A stretch of DNA of 64,000 nucleotides. Source: Actinomycetota bacterium (lineage in GTDB: Bacteria > Actinomycetota > Thermoleophilia > Gaiellales > Gaiellaceae). The stretch is taken from assembly GCA_046724565.1 (NCBI GenBank), contig JBKOWS010000055.1, forward strand, positions 34,051 to 98,050, in the 5' to 3' direction. Shown piece after piece: positions 25,877-35,217 of this stretch. Below the pieces are notes generated by a model. That model made no database searches. It saw nothing but the letters and a program-made list of their open reading frames with translations, and was not told the DNA's origin. Position numbers and translations under genes: made by a program. How positions within the stretch are numbered: position 1 is the first letter of the stretch; each line of letters starts with the position of its first letter.

Positions 25877-27203
25877 TACTCGCTAGTGGTACCCCAATGC
25901 GACCACGCGCCGAGTCGAGTGGTCCTAGCAGGAACGCTGCCAGCAGAACCGGAACGCCGATGACCAGCCACATGCTGGCGTAGCCGTGGGTCGAGGTGAA
26001 GAGCGATTGCGACACGCCGATCACCGCGCCGACGACGACGGGGCCGAGGACGACGCCGACGCCGCGCGAGAAGTCCAGCAGTCCCGCCGCGGCTCCTTCG
26101 CTTCCCACCGGGGCGAGCGTGAACGCCAGCGCCTGCGGCAGCGTGAGCACGACCGCGCCGGCGAGTCCGACGAACGGAAGTCCGATCAGCAGTGGCGGGA
26201 GTGACGTCGGCAACACGCCGACGAGAAGACCGGCGCCGTAGATGAGGCTCGTGACGCGCATGACGCGCAAGAGCCCGTAACGGTCGGCGAGCCAGGCGGC
26301 GACCGGTGCGCCCACGACGTACGCGACTGCGACGACCGCGATGACGGCCGAGGCAACGGCGGGCGACCGGCCGAGTCCGCGCACGATGTACAGGACGATG
26401 AAGCTCTTGAGGCCGGCAAAGCTGAACTCCCAGAGAGCGTTGACCACCGCGAACAGCCGCAACCGCGAGTCCTGGAGGATCATCCGAAGCGAAGACGCCT
26501 GATAGGGAAGGGTCGAGTCGCGGCAGCGGCTTTGCAGACGAAAGACCGGCAACAGCGCCACCGTCGTCGCCGCCAGGACCCCCGCGCCGATCAGGAACGG
26601 AAGCGGTTGCCAGAGTCCGAGCAGGACTCCCGCCAGCAGCGCGAACCCCAGGCCGGCGCCGCGGGCGATTGCCTGTCCCGCCTGCGCCCGCGCATAGAGC
26701 GCGCGCGGCAGCAGATCGGCGTAGAGCGCGCGGTACGGCGGGTAGTAGATGTAGTAGCCGACGAAGAACGCCAGCACCGCGGCGCCTGCGAGCCCTGTCG
26801 TGGAGCTGAACGGGAGAAGAGCGAGTGCGGTTGCGGCGAGCGGAGCGCCGGCGAGGACGAAGGGAAACCGTCGGCCGAGAGGGGACGGCGGCAACCGGTC
26901 CGAGACCGACCCGGCCGCAAGCGGGACGACGAGCGCAAACGCACCCTCGCCGCCGATCAAGGCGCCCACCACGGCTGGCGAGTGCGTGAGATGGATCAGA
27001 ATCACGGGCCCGTACGTCGTGAGCACCGAGATCGCGAACGCGAGCCCGAAGGTCGGCAGCCCGAGGAGAACGAGCAGCGGTCGCACCTGAGCGGCCGCCT
27101 CGCCCTCACGCGGAAGGTGCAGGTGCCAACGCTGCCCGTGTCGCTCGTGACCGTGGGCCAGACGCTCGACGAGCGAGTCGGCGATCTGCAGCGGTCGGTT
27201 CAT
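25869..27203 (-). CDS. MFS transporter
   Basis: 444 aa, about 12 hydrophobic helices. Overlaps its neighbours by 4-8 nt. Confidence 0.8.
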   Translation of the reverse strand: MNRPLQIADSLVERLAHGHERHGQRWHLHLPREGEAAAQVRPLLVLLGLPTFGLAFAISVLTTYGPVILIHLTHSPAVVGALIGGEGAFALVVPLAAGSVSDRLPPSPLGRRFPFVLAGAPLAATALALLPFSSTTGLAGAAVLAFFVGYYIYYPPYRALYADLLPRALYARAQAGQAIARGAGLGFALLAGVLLGLWQPLPFLIGAGVLAATTVALLPVFRLQSRCRDSTLPYQASSLRMILQDSRLRLFAVVNALWEFSFAGLKSFIVLYIVRGLGRSPAVASAVIAVVAVAYVVGAPVAAWLADRYGLLRVMRVTSLIYGAGLLVGVLPTSLPPLLIGLPFVGLAGAVVLTLPQALAFTLAPVGSEGAAAGLLDFSRGVGVVLGPVVVGAVIGVSQSLFTSTHGYASMWLVIGVPVLLAAFLLGPLDSARGRIGVPLASSD

Positions 27204-28696
27204 GCTGGACGTGTTCCTACGTCTTCGCTTTTCGGGCCCGACGTACGAGCCGCCGCCGCAGCGGTCGCCACGTCACGTGGGTACGTGCCGAGTGCCTTGT
27301 AGAGGAAGTAGGCGCTGCCAGCTAGCGGGAGTAGCATCAGCGCGAAGGTCCACTGCAGCGCCGAGCGACCTCCTCCGAAGACGTAGTCCGAGACGCCGCC
27401 GAACGCCACCGGCGCGATCGCCTGCGCGAGCGTGCGCAGGAAGGTGCGCACGCCTTCCGCGCGCCCCCAGAGCAGCGGAACCATGATGTCGAGCCGTGCA
27501 GCGTCGAGCGGCGGATTCTGGGCGGAGAGGGCGAGGGCGGCGAAGACGATGTACGGGAGCGCCGTCGTGGCGTGGCGGGTGAAGATCGCGGGGATGAAAA
27601 GAGCGACGGCCGCGGTCGCTGCCACGACGCTCACGAGAATCCGGCCCGCGAGGTAGCCGCGACGCAACAGCAGGTCGCCGACTGCGCCGCCCGTGAGAAC
27701 GCCGATCACTCCGCCGGCTCCGACGACAAGTAGCACGAGCGTACCCAACGCCTGATCGATTCCGTATTGGCGCGTGACGAACTCGACGCCGAAGGTCTGA
27801 ACGCCGGCGAGGAAGAAGTAGCCGCCGGCGCTGGCCAGGATCAGTACGACGTTGGTGCGGATGCGGAGGATGTATCGAGTTGCGGCGACGAAGCTCAGCC
27901 GTCGCGGATCGCCGACGTGGACGAGCGCGGGATCGGGCTCGAGGCCGCGCTCACGTGCAAGCCGCTGCGCGTCGGTGTCCTGGTCGACGTCGCCGTCCGG
28001 ATCGACGCTCGCAGGCTCCGCGTTCGTCGCGACGAGCGGAGCGCGGCCGCCGCGGACCGGCTCGGGCAGACGGAAGATCATCCAGGCCAGGACGAACGCG
28101 GGGAGTGCGAGGATCACGAAGGCGGCACGCCAGGAAAGTGCAGCGATGTCCCCAGTGACGGCGAACCCCACGCCGGCGCCGGCGAGCTCGCCGGCGAGGA
28201 TGTAGCCGTAGATTCGTCCGCGCTCCGCCGCGGCGAAGTAGTCGCCGACGAGCGAGGCGACGAGCGGCCCCGCGGCTGCGGTCACGCCACCGAGCGCCAC
28301 GCGTGTCAGCAGCAGCCCGCCGAAGCTCGAGACCGTCGCACTCCAGATCATCGCGGCGCCCCAGAGGACGATCGCCCCGCCGAGTGTCCAGGTCCGGCGC
28401 ACACGATCGGCGAGGACGCCGAACGGAAGGCTCGCGAGCGCCGCGACGAGCGACGTTACGGTCACGAGCAAGCCGATGTCCGTGTTGTTGATGCCCAATG
28501 CATCTCGAAGCGGTGTCGCTGCCGCGCCGACTGTGGTGGCATCCGCGCTGCTCAGCGCAAGCACCGACGCGAGCAGAACGATGACGCGTGTCCGCTCGGC
28601 ACCGCCGAGCGTCCGCTCGAGGCTGCCCTTGACGGCACGCCCGAGCCCCCCGGCCGCTGCACGGATGCCGGCCGCCGGCTGCCGGTCGACGCTCAC
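27200..28696 (-). CDS. MFS transporter
   Basis: 498 aa. GVLADRVRR loop motif, a central hydrophilic loop, 12 TM. Confidence 0.8.
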   Translation of the reverse strand: MSVDRQPAAGIRAAAGGLGRAVKGSLERTLGGAERTRVIVLLASVLALSSADATTVGAAATPLRDALGINNTDIGLLVTVTSLVAALASLPFGVLADRVRRTWTLGGAIVLWGAAMIWSATVSSFGGLLLTRVALGGVTAAAGPLVASLVGDYFAAAERGRIYGYILAGELAGAGVGFAVTGDIAALSWRAAFVILALPAFVLAWMIFRLPEPVRGGRAPLVATNAEPASVDPDGDVDQDTDAQRLARERGLEPDPALVHVGDPRRLSFVAATRYILRIRTNVVLILASAGGYFFLAGVQTFGVEFVTRQYGIDQALGTLVLLVVGAGGVIGVLTGGAVGDLLLRRGYLAGRILVSVVAATAAVALFIPAIFTRHATTALPYIVFAALALSAQNPPLDAARLDIMVPLLWGRAEGVRTFLRTLAQAIAPVAFGGVSDYVFGGGRSALQWTFALMLLPLAGSAYFLYKALGTYPRDVATAAAAARTSGPKSEDVGTRPA

Positions 28697-28894
28697 CTCC
28701 TACGAAACGTAGGGCAAAGCGCACTCATGCCTTGGGCACAACGGGTCAAGGCAACGATGAGTCCTTTGGTGGCTGACGGGTAGTCGACACTTCCGGCCAG
28801 TCGGGAGTCGAAACGGACGGTGGCGGCGACGCCGTGCGCACCACCGCGTGGCCATGGTTGTTGGGCGTACCGCAATCGAAGGGAGTCCAGCACG

Positions 28895-30463
28895 ATGTCA
28901 TTTACCGACAAGATTCGACCGCGCGCGTACGGGTTGGTCGCGCTCCTGGCGGTCGGTGCCGTGGTCCTCGCACTCGTGGCCCGCGCGTCCAGCTCGTCGG
29001 CGACTGCCGACGCTCTCGGACAGGCGCCGCCCGAGTGGGCCGGAAATGCGTGGCCTGCGCACAACCGCGACCTCGCCAATACGCGCGCGATCACCGCCTC
29101 GCCGATCAACTCGCAGTCGGTCCACAACCTGAAGGTGAAGTGGCGCTTCACGTTCAAGGGCGCCGGTGCGTTCGGAGACTTTGCGTCCACCCCGATCGTC
29201 ATCAATGGCGTGGTTTACCTGCAGGACCTGAACTCGAACGTCTACGCGCTCAACCGTTCGACCGGAGCTCTCATCTGGGAGCACGTGTACAAGAGCCCGA
29301 ACGTCGGTCCGGACGGCATTGCCTACGGCTACGGACGGATCTACGGCGCGACCTCGACGAGCGCGTTCGCACTCGACCCCAGCAACGGGAAGCAGTTGTG
29401 GTCCCACAAGCTGGTTCGCAACGGCAACGAGGGCATCGACATGACGCCCCAGGTCTACGACAACACCGTCCTCTTCAGCACAGTCCCGGGTAACGCGGCG
29501 AAGTTCTACGCCGGCAACGGCGACGGCATCGTCTGGGCGCTCGACCCTGCGACCGGCGCAAAGAAGTGGACGTTCAATACCGTCTCCGACGGCGCCAAGC
29601 TGTGGGGCAACCCGAAGGTCAACAGCGGCGGCGGCCTCTGGTATGCACCCGCGGTGGACAGTCAGGGGCGCGTCTTCATCTCGGTCGCCAACCCTGCGCC
29701 GCTGTATGGGACGCCCAAGTTCCCGGCGGGCTCGAGCCGTCCCGGTCCCGACCTCTACACCGACTCGCTGGTTGCGCTCGACGGGCAGACCGGGAAGCTC
29801 CTGTGGTTCCGGCAGGCAATTCCCCACGACGTCCGCGACTACGACTTGATGATCCCCGCGATCGTTACCACGGTGCCGATCAACGGCGTTCAGACCGAAG
29901 TCGTCACGGTCGCCGGCAAGATGGGAAAGGTCTTCGCGTATCGCGCCGACGACGGTCAGCCTCTGTGGACACTGTCGGTCGGCAAGCACCAGCACGACAC
30001 CGGACCGCTTCCGAAGAAGCCGATCGACATCTTCCCGGGTGAGTTCGGCGGCGTCGAGACCCCGATGGCCCTTTCAGACAGCCGGCTCTTCGTGCCATGG
30101 CTCAACTTCCCGACGCGCGCGAGCCGCTTCGGACAGGCAGCCGGCGGGTTGAACTTCAAGTCCGGCACCGGCGGCCTCAGCGCGGTCGACGCGGCGACGG
30201 GCAAGGTGCTGTGGCAGCACACGCTGCCGTCGGAGAACTTCGGCGGTGCCACCGTCGCCAATGACGTCGTGTTCACGAGCGACTACGCCGGGACGATCTA
30301 CGCCTACGACACCGCGACCGGCCGGACGCTCTGGACTGCCAAGGCTCCGGCAGGCATCAACTCGTTCCCCGCGATTGACGGCGACACCGTGCTCGTCGGA
30401 GCTGCGGCACTGGGGTTCTCGAAGAAGCCGCAGTTCCAGTTGATCGCCTACTCGCTTCAGTAA
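28895..30463 (+). CDS. Membrane-anchored PQQ-like beta-propeller repeat protein (quinoprotein dehydrogenase-like)
   Basis: ATG 28895 inside ORF 28820..30463. N-terminal anchor GLVALLAVGAVVLALV. Repeats of the type TPIVINGVVYLQDLNSNVYALNRSTGALIWE, ...VALDGQTGKLLW and AVDAATGKVLWQ. Confidence 0.75.
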   Translation: MSFTDKIRPRAYGLVALLAVGAVVLALVARASSSSATADALGQAPPEWAGNAWPAHNRDLANTRAITASPINSQSVHNLKVKWRFTFKGAGAFGDFASTPIVINGVVYLQDLNSNVYALNRSTGALIWEHVYKSPNVGPDGIAYGYGRIYGATSTSAFALDPSNGKQLWSHKLVRNGNEGIDMTPQVYDNTVLFSTVPGNAAKFYAGNGDGIVWALDPATGAKKWTFNTVSDGAKLWGNPKVNSGGGLWYAPAVDSQGRVFISVANPAPLYGTPKFPAGSSRPGPDLYTDSLVALDGQTGKLLWFRQAIPHDVRDYDLMIPAIVTTVPINGVQTEVVTVAGKMGKVFAYRADDGQPLWTLSVGKHQHDTGPLPKKPIDIFPGEFGGVETPMALSDSRLFVPWLNFPTRASRFGQAAGGLNFKSGTGGLSAVDAATGKVLWQHTLPSENFGGATVANDVVFTSDYAGTIYAYDTATGRTLWTAKAPAGINSFPAIDGDTVLVGAAALGFSKKPQFQLIAYSLQ

Positions 30464-30493
30464 ACGCCAATCGACCCAGGAGGAGTTGGTGTG

Positions 30494-30874
30494 ATGAACA
30501 AGCTCACCATCCGCTCGCTGTCAGCGCTGCTCGCGGCGGCAATCACGTCGCTTGCGCTCGTTCAGCTCGCCCCGGCGCGTTCACAGGAGCGCGCGGCGGC
30601 CGCAGCGACGACGATCCAGGTGAAGGGCGGCGAGTTCTTCTTCCGCCTCTCGACCAAGTCGATCGCCACGCCGGGCAAGGTCACGTTCGTCTTCAAGAAC
30701 ATCGGTCACGTGCAGCACGACTTCAAGATCAACGGCAGGAAGACTCCGTTGATCTCGCCGGGCAAGACGACACGGCTGATCGTCACGTTCAAAAAGAGGG
30801 GCAAGTTCCCCTACCTGTGCACCGTGTTCGGCCACGCAGCTGCCGGCATGAAGGGCGTCTTCACGGTTCGTTGA
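30494..30874 (+). CDS. Secreted type-1 copper (cupredoxin) protein
   Basis: Signal peptide. Copper ligand pattern H (NIGHVQHDF) ... C-x4-H-x4-M (YLCTVFGHAAAGM). GGAGGAG RBS. Confidence 0.8.
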   Translation: MNKLTIRSLSALLAAAITSLALVQLAPARSQERAAAAATTIQVKGGEFFFRLSTKSIATPGKVTFVFKNIGHVQHDFKINGRKTPLISPGKTTRLIVTFKKRGKFPYLCTVFGHAAAGMKGVFTVR

Positions 30875-30954
30875 CCACGAGGCGCGCCCCGGCCCCTCCC
30901 CAATGGCCGGGCGCGCCTCACCTCTCATTCGAAGGAAGCCAAGGAAATGACCGA

Positions 30955-31176
30955 AAGGCCGAGGTCGACCTCGATGTTCCGAACGAGATGGGAGGCACGG
31001 CCGGCCCGGGGACGAACCTGGAGCAACTCTTTGCCGCCGGCTACGCCGCGTGCTTCCGGTCGGCGGTGATCCGAGTTTCCTGCGGACGAAAGCTCGACGT
31101 GCGCGTCACTCGACGCGGCAATATCGATGTCGCGCTCACCGTCGGCGGCGCGACTATCGAGCGTCAAGCCGCGTAG
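30955..31176 (+). pseudogene. Ohr/OsmC-family peroxiredoxin relic (N-terminal truncation plus internal deletion)
   Basis: KAEVDLDVPNEMGGTAGPGTNLEQLFAAGYAACFRSAV joins directly to the C-terminal TRRGNIDVALTV. About 60 central residues, including the second catalytic Cys region, are absent. No start codon at the homologous N-terminus. Confidence 0.55.
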
Positions 31177-31681
31177 TCCGCTCTCTCCTGCAACCCGGGT
31201 CGAGGCGTTGCCGCCTTGGTCCGGGCCGGGGTGCGACGCCGTCGTGACGGCTTCGGGCGGGACTCCTCGAGAGCGCGGCTCGCCGCCAGGTACCTCTCGA
31301 CGGTTCTGCCGCCGGGATCCTCCGACAGGGCGAGCACGGCCTCGACGAGATCGTGCACTGCGCTCGGCTCCGGCGGCCCCAGTTTTGCCCTTCGCATGAA
31401 GCCAGCATCGCGCCGGGGCGTAGCCGCGTCTGCACGGGCAGCGCCAAACCCGGTCTACCTGCCAGCAGGAATCTGAAGATGGTCGCTGCCCCCGGATCGG
31501 AGAACTGGCGGGAGCAGGTCGGCGTGACGACGCGGACCGCAATCGAGCTCCGGGACAGCACCTCGACCTCGTCAGGGCCCAGCGCCAGAAGATCGACGAG
31601 TTCGCGGGCGAGCTCGAACAGAAGCTGGGGAGGCTGCACGAACGCCGGCGCGAGCTCGCCCGTTAGCGACGCTTAAGCCTC

Positions 31682-32188
31682 TCAGCCGAACTCGCAGTCG
31701 GCGGTCACCTTGTCGAGGGCGCTCCTGAGCGCGGCGAGCTCCTTGTCGTTGAGTCGCGCGACGAAGAGCTCTGCGACACCCCGTAAGTGGATCGGAGCGG
31801 TTTCCCCAAGGCGCGCGACGCCGGCGTCAGTCAGCGCTACGACGACCGTCCGTGCGTCTCCGTCGGCGGCTTCGCGCCGAACGAGGCCCTGGTTGACGAG
31901 GCGCGCGACGCGGCGGGTCATGCCGGAGCGCGAGATCAGGGCCCGCTGCGCGAGGTCGGTCATGCGGAGCTCACCGCCTGCGAGCGCGAGCTGGGCCAAC
32001 ACGTCGAAGTCCGCCAACGCCAGGCCAGACTCTTCTGCGAGATCGAGCTCGAGCCGCCGCATCAGCGTCGCGTGGGCCTGAAGCAGCGCCCGCCAAGCCG
32101 CCAGGCCGCGTTCGCTCGGCAGCGACTCCTTCACAAGCCGATCGAGCAACGCGACGGTGTCCGTTTTGCCATCTGTTTGCATACGCAA
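31682..32188 (-). CDS. MarR-family transcriptional regulator
   Basis: DFDVLAQLALAGGELRMTDLAQRALISRSGMTRRVARLVNQGLVRREAADGDARTVVVALTDAG. Confidence 0.8.
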   Translation of the reverse strand: MRMQTDGKTDTVALLDRLVKESLPSERGLAAWRALLQAHATLMRRLELDLAEESGLALADFDVLAQLALAGGELRMTDLAQRALISRSGMTRRVARLVNQGLVRREAADGDARTVVVALTDAGVARLGETAPIHLRGVAELFVARLNDKELAALRSALDKVTADCEFG

Positions 32189-32289
32189 CGATCCAGTGGC
32201 CGGGCGTAGGAGGTGCCACCGTGAACACTGCCTTATTGGTCCTCAGGACCGTGCGGGGACTGCAAGTAGGCTCGAGCCGACAGAACCGG

Positions 32290-32916
32290 ATGACGAAGTC
32301 CATCTCGATCGTCGGGCTCGGCGGCTCCCTCGCGAAGGCCTCCAAGAGCCGTGCGGCTCTGCAGGTCGCGCTCGAAGGAGCAGCGAGTGCAGGGGCCGAG
32401 ACGACGCTGCTCGACCTGAGAGCGCTCGCGTTGCCGATCTACAACCCGGACGACGAGCGGCCGATCGAACGCGCCGCTCTGCTGATCGAGTCGTGCTACG
32501 AAGCCGACGGGATGCTTTGGAGCAGCCCGCTCTATCAGGGAACGATCTCCGGCGCTTTCAAGAACGCGCTCGACTGGCTGCACGTGCTCGGACCCCGCGA
32601 CCCGCCGTACCTTCACGACACGGTTGTCGGGCTGATCAGCGCCGCCGGCGGAACGCAAGGCCTGCAGGCGATCAACACGATGGAGTTCTCCATCCGGGCA
32701 ATGCGCGCCTGGGCGGTGCCCTATGTCGTTCCGATCGCAGCTGCGGGTCGAGTCTTCGACCCGGACGGACGAGTTCGGGACGATGGGGTGGAGGCGCAGT
32801 TGCGCGCGCTCGGCAGCGAGGTCGTTCGCGTTGCCCAGCGGTTCGCCGTCGACGGCTCACTCCAGCGGGCCGCCGAATGCGAAGAGGCCGCCGAGCGCGT
32901 CGCCGCTGTCGCCTAG
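32290..32916 (+). CDS. NADPH-dependent FMN reductase
   Basis: ATG 32290. ISIVGLGGSLAKASKSR ... WSSPLYQGTISGAFKNALDWL. Confidence 0.8.
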   Translation: MTKSISIVGLGGSLAKASKSRAALQVALEGAASAGAETTLLDLRALALPIYNPDDERPIERAALLIESCYEADGMLWSSPLYQGTISGAFKNALDWLHVLGPRDPPYLHDTVVGLISAAGGTQGLQAINTMEFSIRAMRAWAVPYVVPIAAAGRVFDPDGRVRDDGVEAQLRALGSEVVRVAQRFAVDGSLQRAAECEEAAERVAAVA

Positions 32917-32940
32917 GAGGGTTGGCGAAACCCTCCTAGG
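32912..32940. terminator. Hairpin CCTAGGAGGGTT-GGCGA-AACCCTCCTAGG between convergent genes
   Basis: 12-bp perfect stem with a 5-nt loop, overlapping the FMN reductase stop. No clear U-tract. Confidence 0.45.
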
Positions 32941-33020
32941 ACTTGACGTGGGTGCCGTGACGTGAGAGATTCTCTCTTGCCAAGTCCCTGTGGGCCCTCG
33001 GGTTCGCAGGGACTAGGCAT

Positions 33021-33497
33021 TTAAGGGGGAGACGTGAGGTCGGCCGGGGTCACCGGCACCCGCCTGTCGCCGGCGCCGAGGACGTACATCGCTGACGCGA
33101 TGGCGCGATAGAGGCGGAATCGGGCCGGCGGCGTTACCTCCGCGAGAGTCCACTCCGGCGCTCCCACTTCGGTCGACCTCTGCGAGTAGATCGAGATCGC
33201 TCGCTCGAGCGCGTCGCCGCCGAGCTCCTCGGCGGCGGCCTCCACGTAGACCGCCTCGGCCGCACCGAGCGAGGCCGTCGAGTCGAAGATGACGATGGCA
33301 ACCTCAGGGCGAGCCACGATGTTGCGTGAGTGCCTGGCGTCGGGGTCGGAAGCCCACAGAAACTCGGCCGGAGAGGCGGCAGCGAACCAGACCGGGGAGG
33401 CCCAGGGCCGGCCCTCCGCATCCGCAGTCGCGAGGGTCATGTACATCAACGAGTCGATGATGCGCTGCGCCTGCGCAGCTGCTTGCGCTGAAGTCAT
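33021..33497 (-). CDS. Pyridoxamine 5'-phosphate oxidase-family (FMN-binding split barrel) protein
   Basis: MTSAQAAAQAQRIIDSLMYMTLATADAEGRPWASPVWFA. Only the last 159 codons of ORF 33021..34721 are credible. Confidence 0.8.
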   Translation of the reverse strand: MTSAQAAAQAQRIIDSLMYMTLATADAEGRPWASPVWFAAASPAEFLWASDPDARHSRNIVARPEVAIVIFDSTASLGAAEAVYVEAAAEELGGDALERAISIYSQRSTEVGAPEWTLAEVTPPARFRLYRAIASAMYVLGAGDRRVPVTPADLTSPP

Positions 33498-33502
33498 TGC
33501 GC

Positions 33503-34633
33503 TCACATTGCTCCTGTCGGTGGTTCGACCGCTCCTGCGACGCCGGCAGCCTCTTGACTCCGCTGCGGACGGGGGAGGAGGAGAGCTGGGACGAGCGTCG
33601 CGGCAATGAGGCCAGCCGCGACCCAGAAGGTGGTGCCGAACGCGTCCGCGAGTGCGGGCGCGAGCGTTGCATGTTGCTCGGGCGGCAGCGTGGCCAGCGC
33701 CTGAATGCCGTCGTGGAGGTCGGGCCCGTTGGCCGAGATCGCGCGTTGCAGGACGACCGCGAACATAGCCGTCGCGATTGCGCCCCCGATTCGCTGGACG
33801 GCGTTGAGCGCGCTCGTCGCGCGCGGTGTCTCCTCGCGGGCGAGCGTCTTGAACGCCGCCATCGACGGCATGATCGTGCTGCCCGCCCCGAGCCCCAACA
33901 CGAGCAACGCAGCGACGAGGTAGACGTACGAGGTGTCGGCACCGATCTGGGTGAACGCGAGTGCGCCGACTGTCGCGATCACCACCCCGACCGACACGAT
34001 GACGCGGGCGCCTACCTTGTCGGTCAAGACGCCAGCGATGGGCATCACCAGCGCCGCTCCGACGCCCTGCGGCACCAGCAGTAGCCCGACGTCGGGCGGG
34101 TCCTCCTGGCGCACAACTTGGTAGTAGAGCGGAAGCAGGATCAGCGAGCCGAAGAGCGCCACCGGCAGGAAGAAGTTGGCTGCTGCAGCCGCTGCGAAGC
34201 CTCGGCGCGCGAAGAGGGAGAGGTCGATGAGGGCCGTCCCCCCGCGAACGCGGGCATGCCAGACGAACAACCCGACCAGTGCAAGTCCCGCAGTGGCGGC
34301 CCCGATCGTTCCCGCATTTCGCAAGCCGCCCTGGTTGCCCGCCTCGGAGATGCCGTACAGGAAGAGGGCGATTCCGGGGGAGAGCAGGGCCAGTCCGCGC
34401 AGGTCGAGCCGTTGGCCCAGATGTGGTGTCGCTTCCGGTAGGAGGCGCTGGGCGGCGACGACCGCTGCAACGCCTACCGGCACGTTGATGAAGAAGATCC
34501 AGCGCCAACTCCACTGCTGGACGATCGCGCCGCCCAGCACCGGGCCGAAGACCGGAGCCAGCAGCATCGGGACGCCGATGAGGCTCATCACCCGTCCCAT
34601 CCGGTGCGGTCCCGCCGTAAATCTCGACCGCAC
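33503..34633 (-). pseudogene. DHA2 (EmrB/QacA)-type MFS transporter lacking about 125 N-terminal residues (TM1-4)
   Basis: Homology begins at ...GRVMSLIGVPMLLAPVFGPVLGGAIVQQWSWRWIFFINVPVG, which is around residue 130-180 in the intact paralogs at 40486-41949 and 47262-48797. Confidence 0.6.
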
Positions 34634-35115
34634 CGTTCGGCAAGGCGCGCTCGCTCACGAGAGTCAGGCGGGCATCGCGGCTCAGCCACGGGGTCAGCTG
34701 CAGCCCGTCTCCGACGAACAAGGGCAGACGATGAGCCCGAGCAGGTCGAGTGCGCCGAGTTGCCGGAACGTCTCCATCGTGCGCGGACCGCCGACGAGGT
34801 GGACGTCACCGCCGCGACTCGCCGCCCGGACCTGTTCCAGGAGGCGCGCCGGGTCGCCGTCGACCACGACCTGATCCGGGGTGCCTCCGGACGGCGTGAG
34901 CCGAGGACGAAGACGTCGAGCTCTTCCCACGGCCACCTGTCAGCCCCGAGCGCGGGCTCGAACGTCGTGCGACCCATGAGCACCGCGTCGCAGTGCGCCT
35001 GGAACTCCGGGAAGCCGTAGTTCTCCGTCGGGATCGGCGAGCTGAACGGGCCAACCATCCGGCGTCGTCACATAGCCGTCGGCACTCATGCACATGCGAG
35101 TTCGAATCTGCACTT
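34610..35115 (-). pseudogene. RibD_C/DHFR-family gene broken by about 3 frameshifts, 3' end fused to the MFS fragment
   Basis: Segments lie in four frames: VQIRTRMCMSADGYVTTPDGWPV / ENYGFPEFQAHCDAVLMGRTTFEPALGADRWPWEELDVFVLGS / GTPDQVVVDGDPARLLEQVRAASRGGDVHLVGGPRTMETFRQLGALDLLGLIV / FVGDGLQLTPWLSRDARLTLVSERALPNGAVEIYGG. GGAGG precedes GTG 35113. Confidence 0.6.
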
Positions 35116-35217
35116 CTCTGCCTCCTCTCCGTCGATAGCGTGAGCTCGGCCCTCGCGAGCGATGAGTTTCGCCGCAGCGGGCTGTCCAAGGGAACAGCGA
35201 CCGACGGAGGGCAACGC

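Noticed and set aside
28898-29995. 365-aa minus-strand ORF
   Set aside because: It is antisense to the PQQ-like propeller gene, with R/D/V-rich shadow-frame composition.
31164-31397. 77-aa minus-strand ORF (MRRAKLGPPEPSAVHDLVEAVLALSEDPGGRTVERYLAAS...)
   Set aside because: The first 45 residues look vaguely protein-like. There is no RBS, the tail is an Arg/Pro-rich shadow frame, and it overlaps the Ohr relic. I could not assign a family and left it uncalled.
33498-34721. N-terminal 400 codons of the 566-aa ORF 33021..34721
   Set aside because: This part is R/P/G-rich and low complexity, and it overlaps the MFS fragment on the same strand in another frame. Only the last 159 codons (PNPOx family, from ATG 33497) look like protein.
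35085-35112. tRNA T-arm-like string GAGTTCGAATCT
   Set aside because: The flanks cannot form a T stem, acceptor stem or anticodon arm. The sequence encodes the N-terminus (VQIRTRMC) of the DHFR-family pseudogene on the other strand.
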